From: Ylistrum balloti
Lineage: Eukaryota
Assembly: GCF_031769215.1 (NCBI RefSeq)
Contig: NW_026782228.1
Span: forward strand, 62,001 to 126,000
Direction: 5' to 3'
DNA: 64,000 nucleotides
Shown here: positions 16,700 to 29,466 of the stretch, piece after piece
Layout of the letters: every line of letters begins with the position of its first letter
Numbering within the stretch: position 1 is the stretch's first letter
Position numbers and translations under genes: made by a program
Notes under the pieces: generated by a model
Seen by the model: the letters and a program-made list of their open reading frames with translations, nothing else
Database searches by the model: none
What the model was told of the DNA's origin: nothing

Positions 16700-19190
16700 A
16701 AGTGTTAGACTACGTTCTCGGTATTGAGGGATTTTGTGATATCTTCAATGCGCATGACATTATGTGTCTAACCTGAGATATTGATTTGATAATATCGATA
16801 CTTTTACTGTGAGTGGGTTTGAATGTTTCCTGCCGTTTCAGAGAGTTAAGTGTAAATGTGGTGCAGATTGTGTATATCGTGGCTTAAGTGTTATACTACC
16901 CAAGAGGTTGTAAAAGCTGATAGCATTGTCTGGATCAAGATTTACACTAAGATGGCAATGATGGCTTTGTCGCACTAACTTACTTACCTACAGAAAGGTC
17001 CACTTTTTATGAACTGTATAATGAGGATGTTTTTTTATCTGTTAGAAAGTGGTATTGGGATGTTCAGTGCATTAGGTCATGTCATTGTAACGGGTGATCT
17101 AAACAGTAGATCTGGAAACACACCTGACTATATTGCCCATGGCGTTCTTCATCAAAGTATACATAGTGTTTTTGACAATGTTGTTTTCTGTGACAGTGAA
17201 GTAAGTAATGGTAGCCGTAGGTCTGAGGACTCTCAAGTTAATACGTTTAGTCGCCGTCTGTTGTAATTATGTAAAACAACGTGGTTATCTAAGTATATCC
17301 CCAATGAAAACTATTTTTGTCTTTATATACTCAACGGGTACATGATGTTTTTATCCAAGAGTTAAAACAGTTTTGAAAACTCGTCTAAGTTTATGTTACA
17401 TAAATACATTGTTGATAAATTTGAACTGCAGTTAAAAAAGGGAAAGAGTTCCTTTTGAACACAACACACCCCCCCCCCCCCACCCAAAATGACTACCAGT
17501 AGGCTATCATAAATATCTAAAAGGGTTTATTTTAAGGGGTACCAAGAAAAATTGGGGCATGGTCTTAAAATAAACCCTTTCAGACACTTGTATGATATTT
17601 ACCAAGTATAATAACCCATTGGTAGCCACTTTGGGTGGGGGGTTCAAAATGAACTCTTACCTAAAAAAAGTTCTCTCTAAGTTTAGGACGCAAGCACACA
17701 AGTGTTGAATCTGGTAGATACCAAGGTATACCTAGAAACCAAGGACTTTGTATATATAACATGGAGACGTTGAAGACGAAACTAACTTCATATCATTATG
17801 TCCCGCTTACTCAGAATTAAGATTATTATATATTAACTGTACTTTTACCGGCACCCCTCTGTATACAAGTTAACTGTCAATTATGTTTATCTAAACTCTT
17901 CGCAGATGACACTTCACTTCTTTGTTCGGACCACTGCCCTCAAGTAATTGAACAGAATATTAATAATGATCTTGTAAAAATTTAACTATGGGCAGAAACT
18001 TGTTAAATTTGAAACAGAGGCGTTGCTTATTTCTAATAAAGACTTGGATTGTTTCATTGATTTAGTTTTTAATAATATTAGTATTGATTTCGTCGACTCT
18101 CATAGACATCTGGGAATGTTCATAGATGCTAACTGTAAGTGGACTTGCCACATTGAGAGTGTTTGTCAAAAAATAGTAAAATCAACTACGTGTCCCCCGT
18201 ACACTGAAATATACATTAAACACATTGAAAATTATATCCTACGTAACAATATACTCCATCTGTCTAATGCTTCTTTTGTCGTCTACGATTAGGTTATGGA
18301 ATCAATTCTCTATCAGTCCTAGGCATAGCGAAACACTTTCATCGTTCAAAAACTATGTTCTAGACAAAGATCGGTCACATGTTCCAAATTCTTTTTTACT
18401 CGGTGATAGGAAAAATAACATCTTGCAAACCAAGTTCAGAAACAATGCTAGTGCTTTTAAAAGTAATCTTTTGCGAGTAAATCTATCTGCTAACGAACGT
18501 TGTACATGTGGCTCTCCTGTTGAAGATACCTATCATTTCTTTTTTATCTCTGATAATTATATTGACCAACGTCAACTAAATGAATACATACCATTAAACT
18601 CAAAAAGTTCGGTAACACTTCTCTTTCTGAACAAGAAAACCAAACCATATTTTTAAATACTCAGCGATAAATCCATGAAAAAACAGATTCTAGCAAGCAT
18701 ATTTCTGAATTTCTCTATCCCGTTCTTCCTCACTCTTCTGAAATCACTTGGTTTTTTTTTATTGATATTGTGAATGATATCACTGATATCACTGAATGAA
18801 ATGCGATATAACGTCTAAAATTAATATAATTTTTATAATTGAAAAACATATGTATGTGCAAGCGAAAAGTAAACGGATATTCAAGGAAGCAACGAGTGAC
18901 AAGGAGGAAGTAAACAAAGCACAGGAAGTGATAGACATTGACAAGTTGTGAGTTTAGACATGCGGACAGTGTATCACCTGAAGCCCCCCCCCCCCCCCCC
19001 CCCTCCTCTCTCTATCTCTCTCTCTCTCTAAACTTGTTTATTATTGGTTGTTATTATGTCATACTACCACCTTGTAAATATAATGTGTGTGTATTAATAT
19101 GTTTGGAAAGGGCTTTATATAAAATATTAATCAAACGTTGTGCCAATCCTATTGCTACCTATGTTCAATAAGATATGTTTAAATAAAAAA
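16700..19190 (+). mobile_element. Internally deleted CR1/L2-type LINE: APE endonuclease remnant, RT C-terminus, CCHC region and 3' end
   Basis: HVIVTGDLNSRSG (APE motif); LFADDTSLL; HRHLGMFID...W.CHI; RCTCGSPVEDTYHFFF; conserved 3' terminus followed by an A tail. Confidence 0.85.
17440..17661. mobile_element. Foldback MITE, 222 bp, possibly Mutator-like
   Basis: Arms are inverted almost end to end (AAGAGTTC..TTGAAC..CACCCAAA..CTACCA..AAAGGGTTTATTTTAAG); flanked by TAAAAAA on both sides. Confidence 0.65.
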
Positions 19191-20163
19191 AATGTCTTCA
19201 TCAGATTGTTCCACTCTGATACTCTGGGACATTTAGATATTTCGTTAGAATGTTACCTCTGATTCATAGGAAATTTTACAGATTCTCAAAATGTAAATGG
19301 CCGTCATGACATGTCAATCTTTTAGGAGGAATTATACAGACAACTTGAAGGCCAATTCCTCTCTCATTCTATATACATATGCAATTAAAGCAGTTTTCTA
19401 CTTAAAAAAAGAAAGTAATTTTAATCCCCCGAAATATGTATGTTTCTGTAAACGTACATGATTTTGCGGTTATTTCATTTTAGCAATTTTTGCGCTGAAA
19501 GTATTGCATTAAAATATAATTGCGTGAATTACAAACTTTGTATGTTCTTTATAACATTTTTTATGGATGCGCTTTGTCATTGCACTAATTGTCGAATAGA
19601 AGATAATGCGCCAAAATTTGATAGCGTCATATTAAACATGTTTACAGCATACATATTTGACATGCCGAATACTTCCAGAACATATGTAAAGTGTTTCTTA
19701 AACTTCATACACATGTTTATGTACGTGTATAAATTTACACATCCGCGTTAGTTGTGGTGTTGTAGCTGTTACGAGTTACTTCCCTTTGGACTCTAGTCCA
19801 AACTCGCCTTCTCATCACACACTTCTCAACACACTTGGAGCGTTTTGTTATATTGTTTATTTATAAGCACAACAATTGACTAGTAATCTTCAACATATTC
19901 AATAATTCATACAAAAAATAATATAAGATAATAGTTTTTTCAACAACATTAACGTAAAATAAAACAACGAAATGAGCAATGTTGTTCCTCAAACCTAGTT
20001 AACTTAAAATTCACAACTACAATTGCAGACATTGAGGTTACAAATAGTGATCTGTGGAAGAGAAGTGTCATCATAAAACGTTTTCCCGTTATTTCTTAAA
20101 TATTTAGAATAATGTAAAATAATTTATCTTCGTGCTGCTCAATTTTTGTGTTTAAAAAATATA

Positions 20164-20414
20164 TACAGTATACACATATAGTGGACACTTGATTTCGTGG
20201 ATAAACAACGGGTCCATTAAAACCTAATCTAACAGTTCATGGACATGTAAATTCGTAAATTATGAATATCCACGAAATCAAAATGAAAATGATTATAGAT
20301 GGGTGTATTGAGATACAATTATTTACGAAATCAAATCAAGTGTCCACGAAACTGCATTTTTTCGAACAAACGCCCTCGGAAATTGAGCCCACGAAAATAT
20401 GTAATTTTACAGTA
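20164..20414. mobile_element. Degenerate Tc1/mariner-like MITE
   Basis: TACAGTA termini with internal TTTCGTGG/CCACGAAA motifs; related ends are seen near 25731 and 31980. Confidence 0.4.
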
Positions 20415-21297
20415 GTTTATTATAGAGTTCGACTACAGAGCATAATTGCTGACCTTGCAACAATCATAATTTACTTTCCCCATATAGATATTTTGATCCT
20501 TGAAATACGTTCTCGAATTTTGATATAATTAAAAAATCATGCTTGTTTTATTTTTTTTTTCGTAATTGTTACATCGTAATACAATTTACGTTTAGAAGAA
20601 GTTTTTTCTCGTTTTTTTTAACAATAATGAAACAAATGATATCGATCTAAATAAAGGCTTTTGCTGGCTCGGATAATAGTGTGCATGGCGATAAATCGGG
20701 AGAAAACTCCTCCCACAAACAACCGTCCTCATTCTGATACGTCCATAAGTATGGTTATCTTACATAAACAAAACTCATCTTGAAAATTTAATGTCAGTGA
20801 TCACATTTGTTATGCTGTTGTTGATATGAACATTTTTACTGATAATGCGAATTTCTAAAATGAGCAACATCAGTCAAAATGTAAATATTTAAAAAAAACA
20901 AGTGGAATTAATGCGAATATTGAAATTGAATTTTCAATGTATAGAAAGAACTTTTTAGTCCAGCTGATTGAGTTCTAGAAACAGTTAGATCTCTGATGTA
21001 ATATGAGACAGACCGATGGTTTGTAGAGAAGATATATATTATTGCGTATGAATTTATCGACAACATTATCGTCTGCCACCGGGAGAAATTATTTCAGAGA
21101 AAACAACATAGATACATTAACGAAAAACGTTTCTATATTGCAGTAAGTAAATTTGGCAAAAAAAAAAAAAAAAAAACCAACTTCTAACCTTTAAAAACTA
21201 AATGATTTTGACTAGTTGATTATTTCCTTGGGTAAATTCTGATGGGTTCTAAAAGTCCCTAGTTAAAATTGAGGTAAAGGTTTATCTCAGTCGTGCT

Positions 21298-21646
21298 TCA
21301 GTCTGAAAGTGTTAAAGGCGATTTCTCATCTGTCCAATCCGATGCACCTATACAAACGTCCTTTGGTCGCCACCAGTGTTCAATGTCATCAAACCACATT
21401 GGCGGTAGGAGAGGTTCATGGAGAAGTCCACATAAACGACACCATGGTTTCGTCTCTATAAACTCACCCTGTTCACGCCACCGGAAGTACTCACTGTATA
21501 GTGTATCATTTTTATTCAATTTGTGTAAATATTGAGCAAGTTCCTCTGGAGACCGGAAGTCCTCTACATGAATGAAAGATCCATTCGGAAGTATCGCATT
21601 GTACGTGGCCTTCGGAGCGCCTAACACTATAGGTATTACTTTATTT
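21298..21646 (-). CDS. Fucosyltransferase copy A, coding exon 2 (349 nt)
   Basis: Pyrimidine tract and CAG acceptor at 21647-21649; in frame with the 109-aa ORF; GT10 C-terminal motifs. Confidence 0.92.
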
Positions 21647-23596
21647 CTGAAAAGAGACAGAACAATTTTATTAAATAACCAATAAAATGATTTGCAATCA
21701 TTAATCTAGAATTTTATCAGACCTCCTGAAAAAATCTGCATATCATCTTGGAGAGCTAAGGAAACAAAGCAAATCATGTACGATTTCTGTCTTGTGAAGT
21801 AAAAATGAAATGACTCTAGCTTTACCAAATCAGATTTCAGACCCTGAAAACTACAATTTTAATCGTTGTTCAAGTTTCATTACTATCAAAAATGTACGTC
21901 GCTACATACATACGTTCTGATATTTTTCATACTCTAATTTGTCTGATATAATTTTTTAATCTAATTGTGAACTCTGTTAAGCTTAATTATTATGCTTCGG
22001 TACATTCCATCTTAACGGGCACTAGCAATATATATCTTACCGATATACATGATACGTTCATGTCCAAATCAAGTCAAACAGATTCAATAAAAATACCCGG
22101 GTTTCTATATTAACCAGTAATGTACTACATATGTACAGTCGAAAGAGTAAGTTAGTCACATCAAATGTAATTCTGAATCAAAGCAATCATTAGATTGTAT
22201 CGAGAACATGAAATGAACGACATTAGTTCTACCTCAAAATGTGACAATTTTGAAGAAAAATGTATTTTTAGGTTGTTACATATACATGTATAGATAATAT
22301 TACTTACTCTAAAGCCCTGACGACTTTTTCTGTAACGTATTCCAAACACTTGGTGTTTTCAAACGCCAGGTAAAACTTGTAATCAGTCTCCAGCATGCGC
22401 AGACACTTCTTGTCCTCTTTTCTCGGACAACGTTTTGTCCCACACGCGCCATAGATATCGACGTCAATATATTTAGCAAGTTTTTTGGCATAAGTCATCC
22501 TCCCACTTTTGGTTCTTATACAATTTGATACCAACCAAGCTACCATTTTTGTCTTCCCAGTGGCATAATTTGTCTCCTGGTTTGGTTGAGTGTTTTTGTA
22601 TATTTGGTATTTGAAATAGGGCGTTTCTATCACAGATGTCGTTCTGTAGGTCATGGTCCAATTAAAAATCCCATTGTAATTCTTCAAGACCCTCGTATTT
22701 ATAGGGTTTTCTATCATAGAAATCACCCAAACTTGTTTCGTAGACTTCCTAGGGAATGGAGGTTTACGTGGTAGTTGCCCTGGATTGCTGAAAACCAGCG
22801 CGTCAGCGTCTGGTCCATATTTTGTATCGTATGTAATTTTACAAGCGTTAATACGACACTGCTCAAACGCGGTCATTCCTGGCAGATGATGCCAATAGCC
22901 TTGGTTACCCGAGAGATATACAACTTTAACATTCGTGGAATTATAAGTGCTTGGCACGTGATTTAGCTGATGAACGATTCGTTCGGCGTTGTACTTCCCA
23001 CCATTTTTTCCTTGAAATGACTTGTCGGAGATGTTGGTCCGCTTCGGTAGTAGGTCCAGTATATCTTGAGACCTTGCGTGATCGACTTCGTCTATAAACT
23101 TTGAATAAAAATCGCCAGTCACTGTTTTCTGAAACGCCCCTCCTATAGAGTTAGTTGCTGCCATAGGTTCACTAACATGCGTCGCACCAGGCAGTTCTGA
23201 AGAAGACTGCACGGCCATTTTAGTCGTTGCTGATGTAGATAATGAAGTTTTCGGCACGGTCGTGTGAGCCGATGTCAATGAATATGCTGAAACTGATATT
23301 GGTTTCCGCGTTGTTTGAATTGTATATGTTTCGTCTTCCGAATCATAATCATAATTCCACGGTTCCACGTGAAAAATAGTATTTGTAGAATGTTTCGTTG
23401 AATCGTACTCAATATCAAAAGTGTATGTCTCCGAAATTCTTTTTTGTAAAGATATGTGTCGACTTGAAAAATTTGCCCTATAGATAATGGATAGTAGAAT
23501 GAAAAACCAAACAAAAATAAATACCGGCAAGACAGTAGAACACCGCCGAAGCCATGGAATATACATCCGTTTCATGTTCAGCTGTATCTGGAACAT
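21298..23596 (-). CDS. GT10-family alpha-(1,3/4)-fucosyltransferase-like protein, copy A; join(23596-22308,21646-21298), 545 aa
   Basis: Type II TM segment (VLPVFIFVWFFILLSIIY), S/T-rich stem, FNWTMTYR, VAWLVSNC...R...YA, YKFYLAFENTKCLEYVTEKV. The spliced junction GA|GTAAG...CAG|A gives RALENKVIPIVLG, followed by SFIHVEDF..P.ELAQYL and WCRLC. Confidence 0.92.
22308..23596 (-). CDS. Fucosyltransferase copy A, coding exon 1 (1289 nt); start could also be the 8th or 11th codon (both Met)
   Basis: Corresponds to the 430-aa ORF in the track; ends at a phase-2 GTAAG donor. Confidence 0.92.
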
Positions 23597-23996
23597 GAAC
23601 TAACCGTCATCGGCTTAAGTTAGTACAGACTTTACTTCCTGATGTTTTACATCATTTAGCCTCCAGGAAAAGTAGCCAACAGCAATGCACGTCCTGTTCG
23701 AAATTTCTTCTGCTTCGGTGAGTAATGCCTTGGGCCACATTGACCCTGGTTGTCCGAACACATCCGGGTATGAGTATCAGTCAAAGCATTGACACATATT
23801 TGACAGCAAATTCACATCTCTCGCTATTTCCACATACATACGGTATTTTACAATTGCAGAAATTAAAGACGAAATTAAATTCATAGAATTATATTGACTT
23901 ATGTATATAAACAAAACCCAATTCCCCCCGTTTTACTCCCTGTGAAATTGTAGAACCATACAGTCATGTAGCCAAAATTTATTCAGCAAAATAAAA

Positions 23997-24318
23997 TTAT
24001 TGCCAAACTTCAGCGCCATTGCAGACTCCCTTTGGCTTCCACCAGTGTTGGATGTCCTCATACCACATAACCGGAAGTGACGTTTCATGTAAAAGTGTAC
24101 AAACCCGGCACCAATTTAAATCATCCATAATTTTATCTCCTGTCACTTTCCATTTGAAGTATTCATTATAAAGCGTGTCATTTTTGTCTAAGAGGTTGAG
24201 ATATTCGCCTAGCTTTTTCGGGGATTCGAAATCTTCCACGTGGATGTAGGAATTCTTTGGTAATACTTGGGCATAATCCTCCCTCCTGGCTCCTAAGACT
24301 ATGGGTATCAGCTCCGCA
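23997..24318 (-). CDS. Fucosyltransferase copy B, coding exon 2 (322 nt)
   Basis: TTTATTTTTCAG acceptor at 24319-24321; in frame with the 80-aa ORF ending VCNGAEVWQ*. Confidence 0.92.
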
Positions 24319-27300
24319 CTGAAAAATAAACGTTGACGTATGAATTATAACGATACATTAAGTTGTAGATGATTACGACTTGAAGTGTTACAATCAAAGG
24401 CTGAATAACAGGACCTTTCGATAGCAATTTAGAATTAGATGTGAAAGAGCAGAATGATGAATTATGCTGCACCATACAGCTGTTTCTTTATACTAGGACT
24501 CGTTAAGAATGTCAAGGACCAAAATTTTGAAACCTAAGAGGCGACAGTGTGAAATCCAAATTGATCGAATGACATGTCAAAACCTAGATGAGGAGGTGCA
24601 CTAGCTACATCAATAAATTCCGTCATTTTCCTAAATATGATAATTCTTAGTGAACGTCAAGTACGTGTGTATGTTTTTAAACAAAGGACTTGTAATTTCT
24701 TTAATAACATATATATTGTTGTTAGATACTTAAGTAAGGTTTTAATCGGAGACATTTATTACCAATGTACAATTTGAATTTAAATCTGGATCGAAATCAT
24801 ACAATTTCCGAATTACGAATAAACTGATCATATAGCAAATTAAAAACACATACTTTAATCGACAGCAGTTGTTTAAAATAGTTTGACGCCGAATCAAAAG
24901 AAAGTGTTCATTTTTTTTCTTTGCAACCAAACGTAACGGTTTCGTTTCAATATTGTTTGTATTCCAGCACCTTCGGTTATTTCAAAGTCTATAGCTAATT
25001 ATATACAGTGACTATGATCAAGGTTCAAAATGAATCTTCTCAATGGTGGCAACTTTTTGTTTTGTTGTTACTATCACATGAATCTTTTTGTTATGTTATT
25101 TTTTAGTGCCCCAATATCAAGGAAATGCCAGGATCGGAAGCCCTGGGTTCACTCCTCTTTTAACATGCCGGTTCATATAGAACGCCTCTTTTTTCTCTTT
25201 ACTCAATCAATTACATTACAAGAATCGAACACAGATGACTATATTTGGAATCGTTATCTGTTTTGCTTTTTCTTAGAGCTTCACCTGGCATTACAATTCC
25301 TCTTTGCTATTGCTGTACCAACAAATTTTCATTGTTGCTGTACCAAACAAATTTTCATTGTTGCTGTACCAAACAAATTTTCATTGTTGCTGTACTAAAC
25401 AAATTTTCATTGTTGCTGTACCAAACAAACTTTCAATGTTGCTGTACCAAACAAATTTTCATTGTTGCTGTACCAAACAAACTTTCAATGTTGCTGTATC
25501 CAACAAGGTTTCAATATCGCCATGCCCAACAAAATATAACATTGCTGTATCAAACAAACTTTGAGTTTGACGATAATAACATCTGATTATTCCTGGTTTT
25601 TTTTTTTACCAATTTGTCAAAATGTTGATCAAATGCTATCACCATATCAACGTGAACTGATCAACACAGCACCAACCAATATGATATAGTTACCTACCCT
25701 TCCTATCGCTGTATGTCCAACATTCACTCAATACAGTAAAATCATATATTTGCGTGGGCTAAATTTTCGTGGTTTTTCATAAGTCACTTTTCGCGGACAG
25801 TTGACTTCGGTTAAATATAGCTCAATGTACCTAGTTTGACTATTTTCAACAGTTCTGGGACATATGAATACATGGGTCAAGGGTATCTGTGAAATTATCG
25901 AAATTAAACCTCTCACGAAAACTAACGATTTCATAGTTATTACTACTCATGTTCTTAATATACCCAGGTATGACTTTCTTACGTTATCTTATACACCTCA
26001 GACGGATGTACATGGCTTAATAAAAAATCATGTGACAGGTATATGTGTACACGTGGCCTCAGCAATACAGTCTAGTAGTCAAGTTACCAAGACTTCTGCT
26101 TTTCATTTTTTTTTAAATATGTTTTTAATTGTAAAACTCCAGACAAGGTGTTTGACACAATACATTCCATTTTTTTCTTCGCTATCTCCAAACATGCACT
26201 GTACAATACAAAGAGATTATATTACTGTGTGACTACATGCGTTTATAATGTGTAAACGCACAATTTCAGAAACCCTTTTTTTGAGTGTTTTAAAGAGGTA
26301 TGAACGTAATCAAATATATCTTTATTAAGATCTACAAACAGCTGTATTTCTAAGTTACATTCAACCTTCATTTCGAATAAGAACATAAATAATTTTATCG
26401 TAAATGAGATAATTTATTGACGAATTAGCGTTCTAATGGGAAATATGCAATTTAATGTGCATACTTTAAGTTCATTTTCTCTTCCCATTCCTTTTTCAAG
26501 TGAGCTTAAGGTTTGGACCCCAAACTCACATTCCTGTAGGATTGACACAACGCAATGAAACTGCATTTAATATGATCTTCTGTGTTCTTTAAATAACCTT
26601 AACTTTAAAACTCGACATTTTTTCTTGTAACATTAATAGCAAACACTACACTGGTAAGTACAGGAGAGAATATCATTGTTCCCCTCTCCCTCTTCTCCTT
26701 ACTAAACAGTAAGCCCAGTGATAGGTTGATAATCCACTTCAGAAATCACATAAAATGCTTGACCAGTAAACCGTTGACTTCGCGATCTGGAACAGGTTTT
26801 CGATTCATCAACTTTGTTTCTTTTCTATATGTCATCAACTTTGTTTTTTTTCAAGATGTATGACGATACATAGATATTAATATACGGTAACAAACATTAA
26901 CAGTCACGATATGAACATTCGAAGACATATACTATAAGACTGGCTTGAATAGCAGTATTGAGTAAACATGGGCGATGAGATACGTAGCTTTGGGCAATTA
27001 TTATCGATATTGACTGTTCTTTGATATTTCTAACCACCAAGCCTTCAGTTACATATATTATACTGTAATGGTGATATGTTAAAACGTGTTACAAGATATG
27101 GATCTCCCGTAATACCTAATGTCTGAACGCTCTCGATAAAGAACCATTCCGATCTAGACAACAGGTAAACCCTTATACAGGTAAACCTCACTGAAGGTAA
27201 ATCCTACTGAAGGTAAACATTACTAAAGGTAAGCCTTACTACAGGTAAACCACACCGTTCTCCCTTTCCTTTTACGCACTGTTTTTTTTTCTAAATATAT

Positions 27301-29466
27301 CGCTCCAGTAGCAAAACGTGGAAAGGGTTTATGTACCAGTCAATTCATAAGTTAACAAGAGGTTTTAAAAGGATTTTCAGTGAATTCGTTATATTTGCGT
27401 TGTTGTGGTTAGAGATAGCTCTGTAAGTCTACCTACACTTACTTTAGCAGTTCATGGACTCATAAATTCACGGATTATGAGTACCCACGAATTCAATAAA
27501 GATAGATCCCCACGAAAATGGTCTTATTAACCCTTAAACAAACACATTAGATAGTGAGACACTGAAATAGACCGTTACTTTTGGTATTTATGTATTTCTA
27601 TCTAACGTCTTTAACCTATCAAACTGGCCACGTTATCTTCCGGCGTTTAATATATAAATTATAGTACCACACCAGATAGCGTGAATTGTCTCTAATGGTA
27701 TACTGGAAGGTGATTTTATGTTTGCAAGGGATTGTAAATAATGGCCAGAGTCTTCGTACATTGTAATGCGGTTTTTACATCTGCTTAAACGTAAATGAAA
27801 TATTTCTTTCTTAAATCTAAGATAATTAATGGAATATTAAACAAAAATCTTTGTAACCTTGGGTGGGGAATTATTCGTATTTCATGAAACTTACTATAAA
27901 TCTCCCCCCTCTTTGAACCCCGTTTATCACCCACGCAAGACTGATTTCGTTGGTGAGGAGATACCCGGCACACCGGAGGAGTCACGGAGACGACAAAACC
28001 AACCAACCATGTAACAAAAAATATAGGTCAATAATTCTAAAGAATTTTCAGCCAGTCGCTTATAAGATATTATCATTTCAATGTTCAAACTGTATTTCTT
28101 TTAACACGTGGTAGGTATATTTCTATACAACATGTCTTTTTGCGCGGGTGATTCTTAAAGTATCTTGTCTATTTCCAACGTGTTTTTTCAACATAAAAAT
28201 ACCATGTTAGTTTGACAAATACTGTATAACTACCGAAATAGATTATGACAATTGAAAGAGATATTGCTTTATCAAATAATATTTCCTCATTGTGTAAAGT
28301 TTGACCTCTATTTAATGAGATAGTTTTCACTTATCAAAATTAATGGTAACTTACTCGTATGCATTCTTCACCTTCTCCGTTAAATAATCATGACATTTGT
28401 GATTCTCGAACGAAAGGTAGAACTTGTAATTCTGCCTCGTCATTTCGACACATTCTCGATGTTTAGATGCCGGACATGACATTGTACCACATGCCCCGTA
28501 AATATCCACTTCAATATACTTGCTTAATTCTTTTGCATACGCCATACGCCCACTCTTTACGATATGACAGTTAGAAACCATCCAAGCAACCTTTTTCGTC
28601 CGGCCTTTGGCGAAATTCCGTTCGGCATTCGGAATAACAGGAGGCTTCCAACAATCTCGCCCGATTTTGAAATACGGGTCATAAATAGTTGAGTCTACTC
28701 GATACGTATTGGTCCAGTTAAAAAAGTTTCTATAATTTTCCATTGACCATGATCTATCAGGACTCTCGTTGATATTTAGAATGGCAATTTGTTTGGGTGA
28801 CGATTTTTTGAATGGTGGTGATTTCGGTAAATGTCCGGAATTCGCAAATACCACAGCATCGGCAGTAGCCTCCGCACTTCTCTTGTGTGTTAAACTACAC
28901 CGGTTGACCTTACAGTGTTTAAAGAATTCCGTGCCCGTTGGAACATTTCTCCATTGTTCCAGGTGCCATATATATACTACTTTGATATCAGAATTATTTG
29001 AATAAGTTCTTGGTACATGTTCAAGCTGTTCGTAAACTCGATCCGATTCAGAATCGGGGTGGAGGAAACCTTCCGGAAGTAGCCGCAATATCCGACGTTT
29101 CTCCTCTTCACTGATGTTGTCTTCAGGAAAGTACATAATAGGGTGAAGTGGATTTTCTGTTCTGTCAAATCCAACTTTGAAATTAGTTCTTGTCATTGGT
29201 TTCGAATAATCTAAACAATAACTTGTTTCGTTTGTTTGTTTCGAATGAATTTGAGTGACATAATCCGTATTATCATTAATGGGTGCAAATTTCTTCCTTA
29301 TAATGAAATTATTAATCTTCACACTTGGTTCCAGCTGTTGCACAAAATATTGAGGTAGAAGATTGATAAGGCATGTTACGAAAACTACCATTAGGAGTGT
29401 TAGAATAAATATTTTTTCCTGCCACTTTGTATTTCGTATCCAGAATACTCTCCTCAATAATCCCAT
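23997..29466 (-). CDS. GT10-family alpha-(1,3/4)-fucosyltransferase-like protein, copy B; join(29466-28355,24318-23997), 477 aa
   Basis: First ATG is at 29466 (the track start at 29553 is a GTG). TM segment IFILTLLMVVFVTCLINLL; FNWTNTYR, VAWMVSNC, YKFYLSFENHKCHDYLTEKV; junction gives NAYDAELIPIVLGA; SYIHVEDF, WCRVC. Confidence 0.92.
25309..25560. repeat. 26-bp tandem repeat TTGTTGCTGTACCAAACAAATTTTCA, about 9 copies, in the copy B intron
   Basis: Direct periodicity; accounts for the ORFs at 25030-25586. Confidence 0.95.
27171..27255. repeat. Degenerate tandem repeat of about 17 bp (AGGTAAAC core), 6 copies
   Basis: Read directly from the sequence. Confidence 0.75.
28355..29466 (-). CDS. Fucosyltransferase copy B, coding exon 1 (1112 nt)
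   Basis: Corresponds to the 400-aa ORF in the track; phase-2 GA|GTAAG donor at the same protein position as in copy A. Confidence 0.92.
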
